Shown here in pieces: positions 1 through 15,512 of a DNA stretch of 64,000 nucleotides. The translations under genes were made by a program, and so were the position numbers. Each line of letters opens with the position of its first letter. Within the stretch, counting starts at the first letter, position 1. Source of the DNA: the human T2T-CHM13v2.0 reference genome, Homo sapiens; assembly GCF_009914755.1 (NCBI RefSeq), contig NC_060947.1. One strand, given 5' to 3'. The notes beneath the pieces were generated by a model that saw only the letters and a program-made list of their open reading frames with translations, did not search any database and had not been told where the DNA came from.

Positions 1-640
1 TTTCTATCCCTTTATTTTCAGGCTATGTGTGTCTTTATAGGTGAAGTGTGTTTTTGTAGCAAACAGATCATTGGGTCTTGTTTATTTATGCATTCTGCCA
101 CTCTTTGTCTTGATTAGAGTGTATAGTGCATTTACATTTATTGTTATTATTAATAAGTAAGTACTTTGTCATGCTATTTTGTTATTTGTTTTCTGGTTGT
201 TTTGCGATTTTCTCTTCCTTCCTTCCTGTCTTTCTTTTTGTGAATATGATTTTCTCCAGTGGTGTGTTTTTATTTCTTGTTTTCTATTTTTTTGTGTATC
301 TGTTGTATGGTTTTTGATTTGAGGTTGCTATGAGCCTTCAAATAACATCTTTTAACCCATTATTTTAAATTAATGACAACACCAATTGCAATAAAAAACA
401 AACAAGTAAAGAGAAAACTACTAAAAACTGTGCATTTCAACTACATCTTCCCATGTTTTAGCAATTTGTTTTCTTTATTTATACCTTATTATACTGTCTA
501 TGATTTGAACAGTTGTTGTAGTTATTATTTTTGATAGGTTCATCTTTTAGTCTTTCTACTCCTTTTATGAGTGGTTTATACACCACAATTACGGTGTCAT
601 AATATTCTTTGTTTTTGTGTGTACCTACTAGTACCAGTGA

Positions 641-1281
<641 letters not shown>

Positions 1282-1772
1282 CAGATGACTTCTTATTACT
1301 TGTTACCATCTTTTTCTTTCAGAAATAACTCCCTTTAGCATTTCTTGTAGGACAATTCTGGTGTTGAAATCCCTCAGCTTTTGTTTGTCTTGGAATATCT
1401 TTATTTATATTTTTATGTTTGAAGTATACTTTTGCTAGATATACTATTCTAGGATAAAAGTTTTTTTTTTCCTTCAGCATTTTAAACATGCCATGCCACT
1501 CTCTCCTGGCCTGTAAAGTTTCCACTATGATGTCTGTTGGCAGACATATCCTTCCTTGATATGATGTTAAAAGCAGGTACTGTGATCACTCACCTGTTTT
1601 TTTGTTCTTATGGAAGTGCTTTCTTGTGCAGATGGTTGTTAATTTTTTTGTCCCTATGGGAGAGACAATGACTGGAAGTTTCTGTTTATCCATCTTGCTC
1701 TTTCTGTACTCTTTGTCATAACATTTTGACATAAGGATGTTTAAGTATTGTTCCATGAAAGGGCCATGTATA

Positions 1773-2195
1773 TGTAAAGCAACCACCAAATGAAGAAGAA
1801 TCTGATAAATTAAAGGAGGAGGCAGACAAGTCAAACTTAGTATTATAGGGTGGTTTTATTGGGAAACTTATGGACAGAAGTGTGGTCTTGGGTGGCCACA
1901 AAACAGGCAGATTTCCACACCATCACTCCCCAGACTCAGAGACTATATACCATAGGGGAGGGTAATATATGCTTCAGATAGAATTGGTAGGAATTTGTCC
2001 TAAAGTAGAGTTTATAGTAAGTATAAGTTTATCAAGTTTGATTTGCTCTAATGGCAGGATTTACAGTAAGTACCATGGTCTTACACAAGGAACAATAAAT
2101 GAACTGGAAGTCTCAGAGGCATTCCTGGAACCTGGTTTAATTAGAAGTCAACATGGTAGATTAGCTTCCAAGATGGAGTTACTTTGGCTTCCACA
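1773..2195 (-). mobile_element. Solo ERV LTR (LTR47-like, tentative)
   Basis: TG...CA termini, ~420 bp. The minus strand begins TGTGGAAGCCAAAGTAACTCCATCTTGG and has AATAAA near 1856-1861. Family is from memory. Confidence 0.6.
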
Positions 2196-2518
2196 GGTAA
2201 ACAAAATAAATATCTTCTGTCTTGTGATTTGCAAGACAAAGTAATAGTGCACATTATGTACTTAGAAAATTTGGCTTTTATGAAGTTAGAAAGACATATA
2301 AAGGAAGAACTAGTTTTTTTTTTAGACAGAATTTGTCCAGCGTGCCATTACTCAGCAATACCAAGGGATCAGGATTGTATCTCAGTGTATTGATGGGCCA
2401 CGTTTTTTTAGATTAGCCCCAACTGTCATCCTAGACAATCAACAGGATTTCTCTGTGCATTTCTACAAATTAACACGTTGTATCTGACACACTAAGGCTG
2501 TTTCCAGATGCTGTTTTC

Positions 2519-2690
2519 TAGTGTTCTTCAAAGTATGATCTGTAAACCACCAGTATAAGAATAGCATGGGGTATTTGTTGAATATGTAGATTTCTGGGTC
2601 TTACCCCAAACTTATTGGGCCAAAAATATCTGGGGGTAGAGTCCAGAAATATGCACGTTTTAACACATGCTTCTATTCCAATAACCACTG
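2519..2690. mobile_element. MER5-like hAT-Charlie DNA transposon fossil
   Basis: Motifs agtgttcttcaaagt...gtagatttctgggtcttacccc...ccagaaatatgcacgttttaac...aaccactg match MER5A/B as recalled. Confidence 0.65.
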
Positions 2691-3996
2691 CTCAGCACTT
2701 TATGTAGCATTGCCTCATTTTAGAATATTCTTTTTCTTATCCTTGCCTATGGAACTCCTGTCTTTTCCTCATGGCCCAGTTTAAAGGGTATCTCCTCAAT
2801 GAAGCCACCCTAATACACTTCCCTCATGCCCAACAGATAAAGCCCGTTTTGGGGACTATGGAAGGGGGAACATGAAGGCCTCACAACTGGGGTGCAGGGA
2901 AGAGTTGAGGGAACTGAAATGGAATAGTGTGGACTGAGTTAGAGAGAGGACTCTGAATTTTACAGGAAAATTTTGCCCCTAGGTTTTGCATTTGACTTTT
3001 ATGCAAAGAAGAGAAACTAGATAAACCAACAACAAAGTAACAATAGATCTGATTGATCAGAACAGTGAATTCCAGCCCCGTATCAACCATGTTTGAGAAG
3101 GAGGCTTAGTGGCCATATCAGGACAGGGAAGTAGGAGGAAAAAAGATACAAAATGCCCACTTGGCAACAGCCTCAAGGGTAAAGTAAGAAGGGATAACAT
3201 TATTTTAAAGTGTTCCCAAAACACAGGAAACTGATTAAATATGCTACTTTTATATTTATATAGCATTTTCAAATTTACATATCCTGGGAATCACTTACTA
3301 TTTGTCACTGTGTTTTCTCAATTAACAGGTAGAGATGAACAGCAGTTGTCATGTGAAGATCTGAGAAAATGTGTGGTGAGGAGAAGTTCTCACATTTTCT
3401 GAAAACAGCTGGAAACTATTAAACTAGCTATGAGATACCATAATGCAAAAGCAGTTTGAAATAGTCCATAGAAGAGGCAATTTGAAGGCACTCATTGCTG
3501 GTTAGTTAGCTGTTGATAGCTGAAGTCGTCTTTAGGTGAAAGGTAGTTACCAGCAGCACTAGGTTCAGCCATAATAAGAGTAAGAGAAACCAGTTTTCCC
3601 CTCCAAGATCACTGCTCTGGAAACATTTCTCTTCTGTTTGTTCTTGCCTTCCCACACACCTCGTTCTTCCGGCACCCAGTAGTGGCCCCTGGCACCACAG
3701 GTGGGACACTGTGATCTCTGTTGTTACCATGGGACATGACTCTACCAGAGAAATTTGATTAACAGATAAGTAATTTTAATTTGAGGTTTTGCTCCTTTCC
3801 TACCAATCTTCTGTCATGCTAAATGAGATGCTTGATGTCCCTAAACAATAGACTCATCTCCCAATGGTTATAAGAATATAGAAAATAAATGAAAAAGATC
3901 ACACATCGGTAAATATAATGTTGGGTGTCAAAGGGCACATTACTTTGAATCCAGAGGCTTTACATTTTTTTTAAAGCCAGTTTAATGATCTGCCTC

Positions 3997-4296
<300 letters not shown>

Positions 4297-4719
4297 TGCC
4301 TCATTTTAAGAAGCAAAAACATCTAATTAGGACTTGGCAGAGCTGTTCATCTACAGATAAACTGCTTTGTGACGTGGATTGATCTGGTTGCCTTGAGTTT
4401 TCATTAATCTGTGTTATTCAAAATCACTGTATATGGATACAATAAATAGTATTAGTTATGGGGAAGCACAGAGCTGCATAATTCCTGAAGCTCGTACTCA
4501 CCACCAGAGTTCTCATGCAATCATGCATTGACAGAGCTTATTATTTTCCAAAGCTATCATTTTGTATTTGGAGATACTGAGGCCCAGAAATGCATCAAGT
4601 CACAAAATGTCAATGTTGGAAAGCTGTTTAGTCAAGGAATGAGGTCAAGATCACTTCGCTAGTTAGCAGATAAAGCAGAACCAGATTCCTGAGAGAATGT
4701 ATCATCATGGTTACTTTGA

Positions 4720-4900
4720 TAATATGGTACTTACTGTGTTCCAAACACCGTTAGCAGCTCTTTACAAATATTAAATCATTTAATATTTATAACACTCTTA
4801 TGAGGCAGGTATTATTCTTTTCCGCCCAATTTTACAGATAAGAAAACTGAGTCACAGAGAATAAGTAATTTTCCCATTGACACATAACTACTAAATGGGT
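4720..4900 (-). mobile_element. MIR SINE
   Basis: Core motif ttttacagataagaaaactgagtcacagaga. Confidence 0.75.
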
Positions 4901-5019
4901 TTTTAACTTAAGTCATAGTTTCTTAGAAATTTTTGGAAGGAATAAAATTATTCATGTGAAGTTCTTAGAACAGGCTTCAGATAAGTGTAAGATATTATCG
5001 TGGTTACTTTTACTACATG

Positions 5020-5230
5020 TCGTAGTGGAAAGAAAATAGATTTTGAAGTCAGACACCTGAGTTCCAATTCAGGCTCTGCCACTAATTGGTTGTAGTCTCT
5101 CAGAGTCTCAGTTTCCTCATTTGCGAAATGACTATGATAATATTTTATAGGGCATTATGGAGATGAAATGAGATAATCTGTGTAAAGTATCTAATGTGTA
5201 AAGTATCTAATGCAATGTCTTGTACACAGA
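5020..5230 (+). mobile_element. MIR SINE
   Basis: gaagtcagacacctgagttcc...ctctgccact...tctcagtttcctcatttg; contains a 16-bp tandem duplication tgtaaagtatctaatg. Confidence 0.8.
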
Positions 5231-5236
5231 AGATGC

Positions 5237-5717
5237 TGTATTAGTTTCCTATTGCAGTTATAACAAATTACCACAAAGTTAGTGGCCAAAACAACACAAA
5301 TTAGTTATTTTATAGTTCTGGAAATCAGAAGTCCGAAGCGAGTCTTACGGGGCCAAAAACAGAGTGTCAGCATGCCTGGTTCCTTCTGGAAGCTCAAGAA
5401 AAGAAACCATTCCTTGTCTCTTCCAACTTCTTGTGGCTGTTTATATTCCTTTCCTTGTCTCCTTATCATTCCAATCAATGCTTCCATCATCATATTGCTT
5501 CCTTCTCGTCTTTCTGGTAATACCTTCTTTTGCCTCCTTCTAATAGGGATATTTGTGATTGCATTTGGGTTCAATTGAATAATCCAGCCCAATTTTTACA
5601 TTTCAAGATATTTAACTTAATGACATCTGCAAAGTCCCTTTTGCCATATAAGGCAACATCTTCCCAGGTTTCACAGGACTTGGAGATCATTGGGAGACCA
5701 TTATTCAGCCTACCACA
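5237..5717 (-). mobile_element. MLT1 (MaLR) solo LTR
   Basis: tgtattagtttcctattgc...acaaattaccacaa...ttcagcctaccaca; 5-bp TSD gatgc. Confidence 0.85.
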
Positions 5718-5722
5718 GATGC

Positions 5723-6075
5723 TGATTTGGTTTGGCTCTGTGTCCTCGCCCAAGTCTCATCTTGAATTGTATTCTCATAATTCCCATGTGTTCTGGGAGC
5801 GACCCAGTGGGAAATAATTGAATCATGCAGGTGGTTTCCTCTATACAGTTCTAGTGGTAGTCAATACGTCTCTTGAGATCTGATGGTTTTATAAGGGGTT
5901 TCTGCTTTTGTTTCTGCCTCATTCTCTCTTACTGCCACCATGTAAGAAGTGCCTTTTTTCTTCTACAATGGTTGTGAGGCCTCTCCAGCCACATGCAACT
6001 GTAAGTCCACTAAACCTATCTTTCTTTACAGTCTCATGTGTGTCTTTATCAGAAGTGTGAAAATGGACTAATACG
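5723..6075 (+). mobile_element. THE1 (MaLR) solo LTR
   Basis: tgatttggtttggctctgtgtcc...aaatggactaatac; ~350 bp; 5-bp TSD gatgc. Confidence 0.9.
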
Positions 6076-9000
6076 GATGCTTAATCTTCGTACTGTTGGA
6101 ACCCAGTTCTTCTCAATACAGGGATACATTCTTTACATTTCACTTCTTCATATCAACTTTGCATGGGCACTATTTATAAAGAATTTAAAAACAATAATGA
6201 AATGAAAAGTCAGTCTGCATCTTATTATCCCTGTACAGCAAAAATTATAAACAACATTAATGATGAAATATTCCTCCCTGCCAGGCAGACCTCTCTCACT
6301 GCATTCCCTACCTGCCTCCCACTCCCAATTGTACATCACTATTTAGGAACGACTGTGAAGTCATGGGATTCAGAGTTATTTGGGTATAGTGCTATCTTCT
6401 CTCCTCTACTTACTCCACCATCATTAATTCCTGGACTCAAGTTTCCTTTTATAACTTAATAACACTTATCCAAGGGCCCTGAAGGCTACTTTGAGGCTAA
6501 CAGGCGTGTGTTATGGATATTTTCTTCTACTGTGTTAGAAAGCAATCTCCTATTTTCTTTAGAAATGTTCTCACAAGTAAGAGGTTTGTTTGGTGGATGG
6601 ATTCATAGCTTCCCATAGCCTTTAATTTAGAATAAAAGAAATTATTCTTTATTGCCAGGAAATCAGGCAGAGATTACCTGGTGGGAGGGTACATAAATTA
6701 CTGTTAGGACAAACAGAAAATGAAGATATAATTAGAAGATGAAGGAAAGATGCAAAGAAGGGCTTATGTGATCCATCTGTGATCTGTGCACCTACAGCTG
6801 AAATTCAGGTTATAAAGGGAGATATAGAACTAGAGATTGAGAGCTGGGAGAGATCTCACAGACCATTCATAATAAAGCTATCGTTTTTACATCAGAGAAC
6901 TTGAGGCCCAGAAGGAGAAAGATCTGTCCAAGCTCCTGCAATAAGCCAGGGATAGAAATGTCTTTTCTTATGTTTTAAGAGGCAGATATTCTTGGTATGA
7001 GACTGCTCCCCTCCTCCACCCATTTTTCTCTCTTTCTTACCCTTGTCCTTGAATTGATTTTAAAATGTTATTCTCTGGGTATATAAATGCCATATTACCT
7101 TATTTGGCTATCCATTGGCATTCTCTCTATTGAGTCAGAGACTACGTAATAGAAGGAGTCACATTGTTATTCATAACATAATTTGTAGCAACTTGTCTCA
7201 GTTGATTGGAACAAATCATTATCTACATGCAAATAGACTTTGGGGGCCAGAATTGTGGCTCAACACTCACTGAGGGCTAGGTAGTTTGAACCTGTTACAG
7301 GGTCTCAGACCATATCCCTATCTTGGACATTCTTTTGAAGAAAGCCTTTAATTGACTTAATTAGACAGGGTAAATATGTATAAATCCATTCCTGCACTTG
7401 GGAGGACAATTGGGTGTTTACATTAGGTTGCTGATGGCCTCTTAGTTCTAGCTGTGGAGATGAAGGAAGATTGTCAGTATCCTGGGGACATATTAATATT
7501 AGCATCTGACATACTGCTGGATGTTTCCATTGCTTAACCACCTAATCCTTGTAGATAATCCAGGTTCCTGAGTATATGGTTATACCATAGCAAAATAGTT
7601 ACCATTGTGCTCACTGTGCTCAACAAGGCTGGTCTGAGGTATGTGGTCTGGGAGGTAGCAGTATGAGTAGGTTGCTGGCAGCTCCAGATTTACAGTCTGG
7701 CTCTGGATCTATATCTTCTCCCATGTTGTTCATTCCACATCTATCTTACAAAAACCAATCGATGCCTAATTCTTAACCCTTGTTTACCTACTTCTTTTGC
7801 CTGATTTCTTGGCCCTTTATTGCCTTGCCTCTAGGCCCAGTGTTTTGGCGGCTGAGGCCTGACTTCGCAAGCTTTCAAGCCTGTGGGTCTCCTGGTCTTC
7901 CACACTTGAATGAGAGCCACTCTGCTGATATGTTTTCTGCTTATATATTTTATAGACTGAGCTGCTATGTAAGATTGTTTTTTCAGACTGGGGAGGAGGG
8001 AGAGTGCATGTTTCACTGTCAAAGACCATTTTGAATATCACTGGCCTATATGGTGTGTAAGGGATCTTATCTGATTCTGTTTTAGGTATGTAGTAGAGCC
8101 CCAAATGTTAGCATATTTAATATTTTTGGGGCGGTCCTTTTGCTAAGATCCTCCATATCAGACTTAGGGGATCAATTTCTGGCAGCATTTGGGAATAATA
8201 AAGGTATTGTTCCTTGAGGGCCTGTAGAGACACATTTCAAGCATTTTCACATTATTTTGTTGCAGAGCTTTTAAAAGTATCCTGAGTTAGGACGGCACAG
8301 AATGTTTACATTAGGCAAAAACCAGTAGTAAGATTAGGTGCATTTGTGAAAGCCAAGCCATTCAACATGCTGGCTGTTTTTATTTACAAGTCACAAAATG
8401 GCATTAATACACAGAAGGTTGATAATAGTGGTGTCAGAAATGATCACAGAACCTAACAATCAAATGACAATAAGAACATTAAAGTTCATGAGCTAGTGGA
8501 GGTTGAATACATTGAAAGCTTACTCTGTTTAAAGAGGGATATTAGGTATAATCATTTTGCTCTTTAAAAATCAATAGTCTAAATACCACAAGTTTCACAG
8601 TCTGTTTGCTTGGGTGGAGTCAGTGGAAATTGAACACAATTCTCGGAAATGCTTTTAGTAGGTGATAGTTGGTGTAGGAGGGAAAATTGTGGTGGGAAAA
8701 TGTCAGAGGGAAAAAAAGATGTTTTTAAAGGCTTTATAAGTAATTCACTCTTAAAAGAAATTTGCATTTTATAAAACATCTTCACCAATACATGACATGA
8801 TATGCTACATCTACTTTATAGATCAACTCTGTATTATTTTGGTCAATGAGCTAGTTGGAGCGGGTGAAATGCAGTCAAAGCAAGGAAATTAAATTATTTA
8901 GGTGTCTGACTTTATATTGCAATTTCAAAAGTGATTTCACCCTTAAATCTTTGTAGAAGTCAGAGATGTTCTCTAAAAATTTGTATTGCTGATTTTCAAA

Positions 9001-9139
9001 ATGACAAAGCTTTGGAGGCAAAGATACTAAGTGGCACTGATTGAAACATTTGGAGACTATTGTATTCATTTAAAAGTTTGAATAATAGAGTATTTTTTTA
9101 ATTGAAATTCTATCACTTTTAAGTATACTTAATGGTACT

Positions 9140-9290
9140 GTTTATTCTTTCACTTATTTAACAAATTTTTGCATCTACATGCCAGACACTTTTCTAAATG
9201 CTAGGAATATAGCAGTGAACAAAACAGAGAAAATCTTCTATCAGGCTTATATTCTAGTGAAGGGAGACAGACAAAAACAAATAATTGAAA
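9140..9290 (-). mobile_element. L2 3' fragment
   Basis: ttatttaacaaatttt...gccagacact...ctaggaatatagcagtgaacaaaacag pattern. Confidence 0.65.
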
Positions 9291-9928
9291 TATGAAATAC
9301 AATGTAAAATTATAAATATTAAACAAATTTAGCTTAATAGGGATCCCTAGAGGAGCTGCCTTAGTAAGTAGCTAATGATCTATAATTTTCATAATCATTT
9401 GCATATGTGTTATTGGTGAACAACGGACTGTTTCTAATAGTTGGTGGTTAAGAAATATAAATATGCACTTTTAAATTTTTTCTATGTTAATTTGCATACC
9501 AAACTTCTTTTTCAAATGATCAGATTTTCACATTATTATGGTTTGAATTAATGAGGTTCTCTTACAGACCAGTCTATAGAATTTATATTTGTCTTTTGTT
9601 TCACAGTATATTAAGGAGAAATTTTAACTCTCGATCTTGGCATTAGATCAAAGGTGAAATCTTTAAAACATGTAAATAGTTTCTTCAGTTTGCTAAACAA
9701 AAAACAAAAGCAAATGTAATTTAGAGAAGGCTTTAGAAGATACATATTAGTACTGAGATTAGAAGAGACAAAAATCAATTGCTTCTGTTGACTTTTAATC
9801 AAAGGCCAGAAGAGAATAGTCTTCTTTATGTACAAATAAACCTTTCAAGTCTTTCTTCTGAAGTCTCTTTGTTTATCCCATAGCCACTGACTGAGCATGC
9901 ACTATCTGCAAAGCACTGTGCTAGAGAA

Positions 9929-9941
9929 GTGTGTGTGTGTA

Positions 9942-9980
<39 letters not shown>

Positions 9981-9988
9981 AAGAGAGA
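9929..9988. repeat. Compound (TG)n(AG)n microsatellite
   Basis: Directly visible. Confidence 0.95.
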
Positions 9989-12647
9989 TTAAGAGGGCAA
10001 GAGAAGGGACTGAATGAAGGAGGAAAGGAATAAAGTGTGTGTGAGTTGAAACAGTTTTCAGTATAGAGGAATGTGTAGGTAAATAGGATAAAAATATTAA
10101 AATGGGTTCCCTGTAAAAAACATTTAAAATAAAGTTTTATGTGAGTTCAAGGAAGAGAGTTGTTATTTCTGCCTGGAAGGACTGGAGAAAGTTTCATACA
10201 GGAAGATGTCTGGATTTGCTTATCTTTTCTTTGATATCATATTAAGTTGAGACTAGGGACTTGTTTATGATAATTTGATAAATACTAAAATGTCCACCTG
10301 CAAAAAAATTTATCCCTTCTTGACCCTGCTATAGGGCTCTAAATTCCCATTGTTACCTGATTCTTTGGAAGCTAGTTATAGCCCAATTGTGGTTAGATCA
10401 ATGGGAATAGCATTTAAAACTATTTGGCCCCCATTAATGCCTTAGTTGGGATTTGTTTCTCAAATAAACCATGAAGAAAAGTTTTTTGAGGGAATAGGAG
10501 ACAGAACTTGGAGGTTCTACTTGTCAGGGTGGTGGAAAAAGGGGGTCAGGAATGGTCTAGAATGGTAGGCTAGAAGAAGGGTCTTGGCCCGGGTAGGCAG
10601 ATGGCTGCATGCGTTTTCTGGGTACTTGTTGCTGAGGAATACAGAAAGACAAAAGGCAAACTTAGAACTTTACCTGAACACCCAATCCCCTTCCAATGTT
10701 CTCTATCTCAGTGAATGTCAACTTAATCCATCCACTCATGCAACCGAACAGCTGGTGGTAGCTACAGGCTGGAACCTGACGTGCCCTTTTCTTTCTTTCT
10801 CTACTCAGCCATGAAGGAGACACTGGTTAGAAGCTTAAGACATGGCTGAAAACAGCTGAAGTCTCTTTTTTAATATATTGTTATGGCAGCTAAAAGTCAA
10901 TATTGCATGCAAGAAAATTGTAGAATGAAGATTCTTTATGAGTGTCGTTTTACAGCTCCATATTACTGTGGTAAACCTCAGAAACACTCATTGGCTCCAG
11001 AAAGTTTTTGATTCTAAGAGAGATTCAGGGTATCCTAAGCATCATTTTTTACTTCTCTCTCAAAGGGAATCAAGACTGTTTTAAGAAATGATGATGGTCA
11101 TTTACGTTTTATGAAGCAAAATGTTTTTATTATTATTATTATGCTAAATTTTTGTGAGTACATAGTAGTTATATATATTTACGGGGTGCATGAGATATTT
11201 TGATATAAGCATGCAATATGAAATAAGCACATCATGGAGAATGGGCTGTCTATCTCATCAAGTGTTTATCCTTTGAGTTACAAACAATGCAAATGCATTC
11301 TTTATTTTAAAATACACAATTAAGTTATTATTGACTATATTCACCCTACTGTGCTATCAATTGTAGGTCTTATTCATTCTTTCTAACTATTATTTTGTAC
11401 CCATTAACTATCCCCATCTCCCTCCCCAGCCTTCCACTACCCTTCCCAGCCTCTGGTAACCATCCTTCCACTCTCTATATCCATAAGTTCAACTCTTTCA
11501 ATTTTTATTAGAACTGATAAACAAATTTAGTAAAATTGCAGGATACAAAAAGCAACATACAAAAATTAGTAGAATTTCTATGTACCAACAGTGAACAGTG
11601 TGATAAATAAAAATATAATTCCATTTACAGTAGCCACATATGAAATTAAATACCTAAGAAATAACCAAATAAGTGAAAGATCTCTACAATGAAAACTATA
11701 AAACATTGATGAAGGAGTTGGAAGAGGACACTAAAAACATTTTCTCTATTCTGTTCCACTGATCTATGTACCTGGTTTTATGCCAGTACCATGCTGTTTT
11801 GGTTACAATAGCACTGTAGTATAATGTGAAGTCAGGTATTGTAAAAAGTCAGTTTTGTTCTTTTTGCTTAGGGTAGCTTTGGCTGTTCTGAGGTTTTGTG
11901 GTTCCATATACATTTTAGAATTGTTTTTTCCATTTTTGTGAATGTCATTGGTATTTTGATAAGGATTGCATTGAATCCGTAGATCGCTTTGTGTAGTATG
12001 AACGTTTTAACAGTATTGATTTTTCTAATCCGTGAACATGGAATATTTTTCCATTTTTGGTGTCCTCTTCAATTTCCTTTATCAGTGTTTTATAGTTCTT
12101 ATTATAGATAGCTTTCACTTCCTTGGTTAATTGCTAGGTATTTATTTTATGTGTGGCTATTGTAAATGGGATTGCTGCTTTTGATTTATTTTTCAGATTG
12201 TTCACTGTTGGCATATAGAAATGCTACTGAGTTTTGTATGTTCATTTTGTATCCTACGACTTTATTGAATTTGTTTATTAGTTCTAATAGTTGTCATGTG
12301 TAGTCTTTAGGTTTTTCCAAATATAAGATTATATCATTAGCAAACAAGGATAATTTGACTTCTTCCTTTTCAGTTTGGATGCCCTTTATATCTTTCTCTT
12401 GTCTGACTGCTGAGGCTAGGACTTCCAGTACTATGTTGAGTATCAGTGGTGAAAGTGGGCATTGTTGTAGATCTTAGAGGAAAGGCTTTCAGTTTTTCCC
12501 CATTTAGTATGATACTGGGTGTGGGTCTGTCATATATGGCTTTTATTTTGTTGAGGTATGTTCCTTCTTTCCCCAGGTTTTTGAGTGTGTTTACTATGAA
12601 GCCATGTTGAACTTTATCACATGCTTTTTTGGCATCAATTGGAATGA

Positions 12648-12945
<298 letters not shown>

Positions 12946-13847
12946 GATCATATGGTTTTAATCCTTCATTCTGTTGATATGATGTATCATTTTGATTGAT
13001 TCTTCTAAGTTGAACTACTGTTGCATCCCAGGGATAAATCCCACTTGGTCGTGATGAATGATCTTTCTAATGTATTGTTGAAATCGGTTTGCTAGTATTT
13101 TGTTGAGGATTTTTGCATCAATATTCATCAGATATATTGTCCTATAGTTTTATTTTATTGGTGTGTTTAGGTCTGGTTTTGATGTCAGGGTAGTAACTGG
13201 CCTTGTTGAATGATTTTGGAAGTATTCTCCCCTCCTCTATTTTTTGGAATAATTTGAGTAGGATTGGTATTAGTTCTTCTTTAAATGTGTAGTAGAATTC
13301 AGCCATGAAGCTGTTGGGTCCTGGGCGTTTCTTTACTGGGAGACTTTTTATTATGGCTTTGATCTCCTTGCTTGTTATTGGTCTATTCAGGTTTTGGATT
13401 TCTTTTTGGTCCACTCTTGATAGGTTATATCGATCTAGGAATTTGTCTGTTGCTTCTAGATTTTTCAATTTATTGGCATATAGTTGCTCATAGTAGCCAC
13501 TAATGATCCCTTGAATTTCTGCAATATCAGTTGTAGTGTCTCCCTTTTCATTTTTGATTTTATTTATTTGGATCCTTTTTCTTTTTCTCTTAGTCTGGCT
13601 AAAGGTCTGTCAATTTAGTTTAACTTTTCAAAAAACCAACTTTTTGTTTCATTGATCTTTTGCATTTTTTAATTTCAATTTCACTTATTTTTGCTCTGAT
13701 CTTTAATATTTCTTCTGCTAATTTTGAGTTTGGTTTGCTCTTGCTTTTCTAATTCTTTAAGATGCACTGTTTATTTGAAGTTTTCCCTTTTTTGATATAG
13801 GCACTTATACACTTCCCTCTGATTATTGCTTGTGCTGTATCCCATAG

Positions 13848-14144
<297 letters not shown>

Positions 14145-15098
14145 CCCATAGATTTTTATGTGTTGTCTTTCCATTATCATTTGTTTCAAGAGATTTTTTA
14201 ATTATCTTCTTTATTTCTTCATTGACCCAGTGGTCATTCAGAAGCATGTTGTTTAATTTCTGTGCATTTGTATAGTTTTCAAAATTCCTCTTATTACTAA
14301 TTTCTAGTTTTATTCCATGGTGGTCAGAGGAGACACTTGATATCATTTCAATTTTTTGAATATTTTAAGACTCATTTTGTTACCTAACATAGGGTGTATC
14401 CTTGAGCATGATCCATGTGCTGAGGAAAAAAATGTGTATTTGGAGCTCTTAAATAAAACATTCTGGAAATATCTACTGGATTCATTTGGTCTATACTGCA
14501 GATTAAATCTAATGTTTCCTTGTTGATTTTGTGTCTGGAAAATCTGTCCGGTGCTGAAAGTGAGGTGTTGAAGTCTCCAGTTATTATTTATTGGGGCCTA
14601 TCTCTCTCTTTAGGTCTAATAATTTTTTTATATATCTGGGTGATCCAGTGTTGGGTACATATATATTTAAAATTGTTATATCCTCTTGCTGAATTGACCA
14701 CTTTATCATAAAATAGTAAACTTCTTTGTCTCTTCTTACAGTTTTTGTCTTGAAATCTACTTTGTTTGATATAAGTATAGTGACTCCTGCTCTTTTTTGG
14801 TTTCCATTGCCATGGAATATCGTTCTCCATCACATTATTTTTAGTCTATGTGTGTCTTTATAGTTGAAGTGCATTTCTTATAGGGGACAGTTCAGTGGAT
14901 TTGGTTTATTTTTATCCATTCAGCCAGTCTATGTTGTTTGATTGGAGAATTTAGTCCATTTACATTCAATGTTATTATTGGTAAGTAAGCACTTACTCCT
15001 GTCATTTTGTTGTTTTCTGGTTGTTTTGTGGTCTTCCCTTCCTTTTTTTTTTCTTTCCTTTCCTTTCTTCCTCCAGTGAAGATGATTTCCTCTGCTGA

Positions 15099-15512
<414 letters not shown>

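Noticed and set aside
3329-3375. Possible 47-nt exon (ttttctcaattaacag | ... | gtgagg)
   Set aside because: Splice-like signals of this quality occur by chance; there is no partner exon or recognisable protein.
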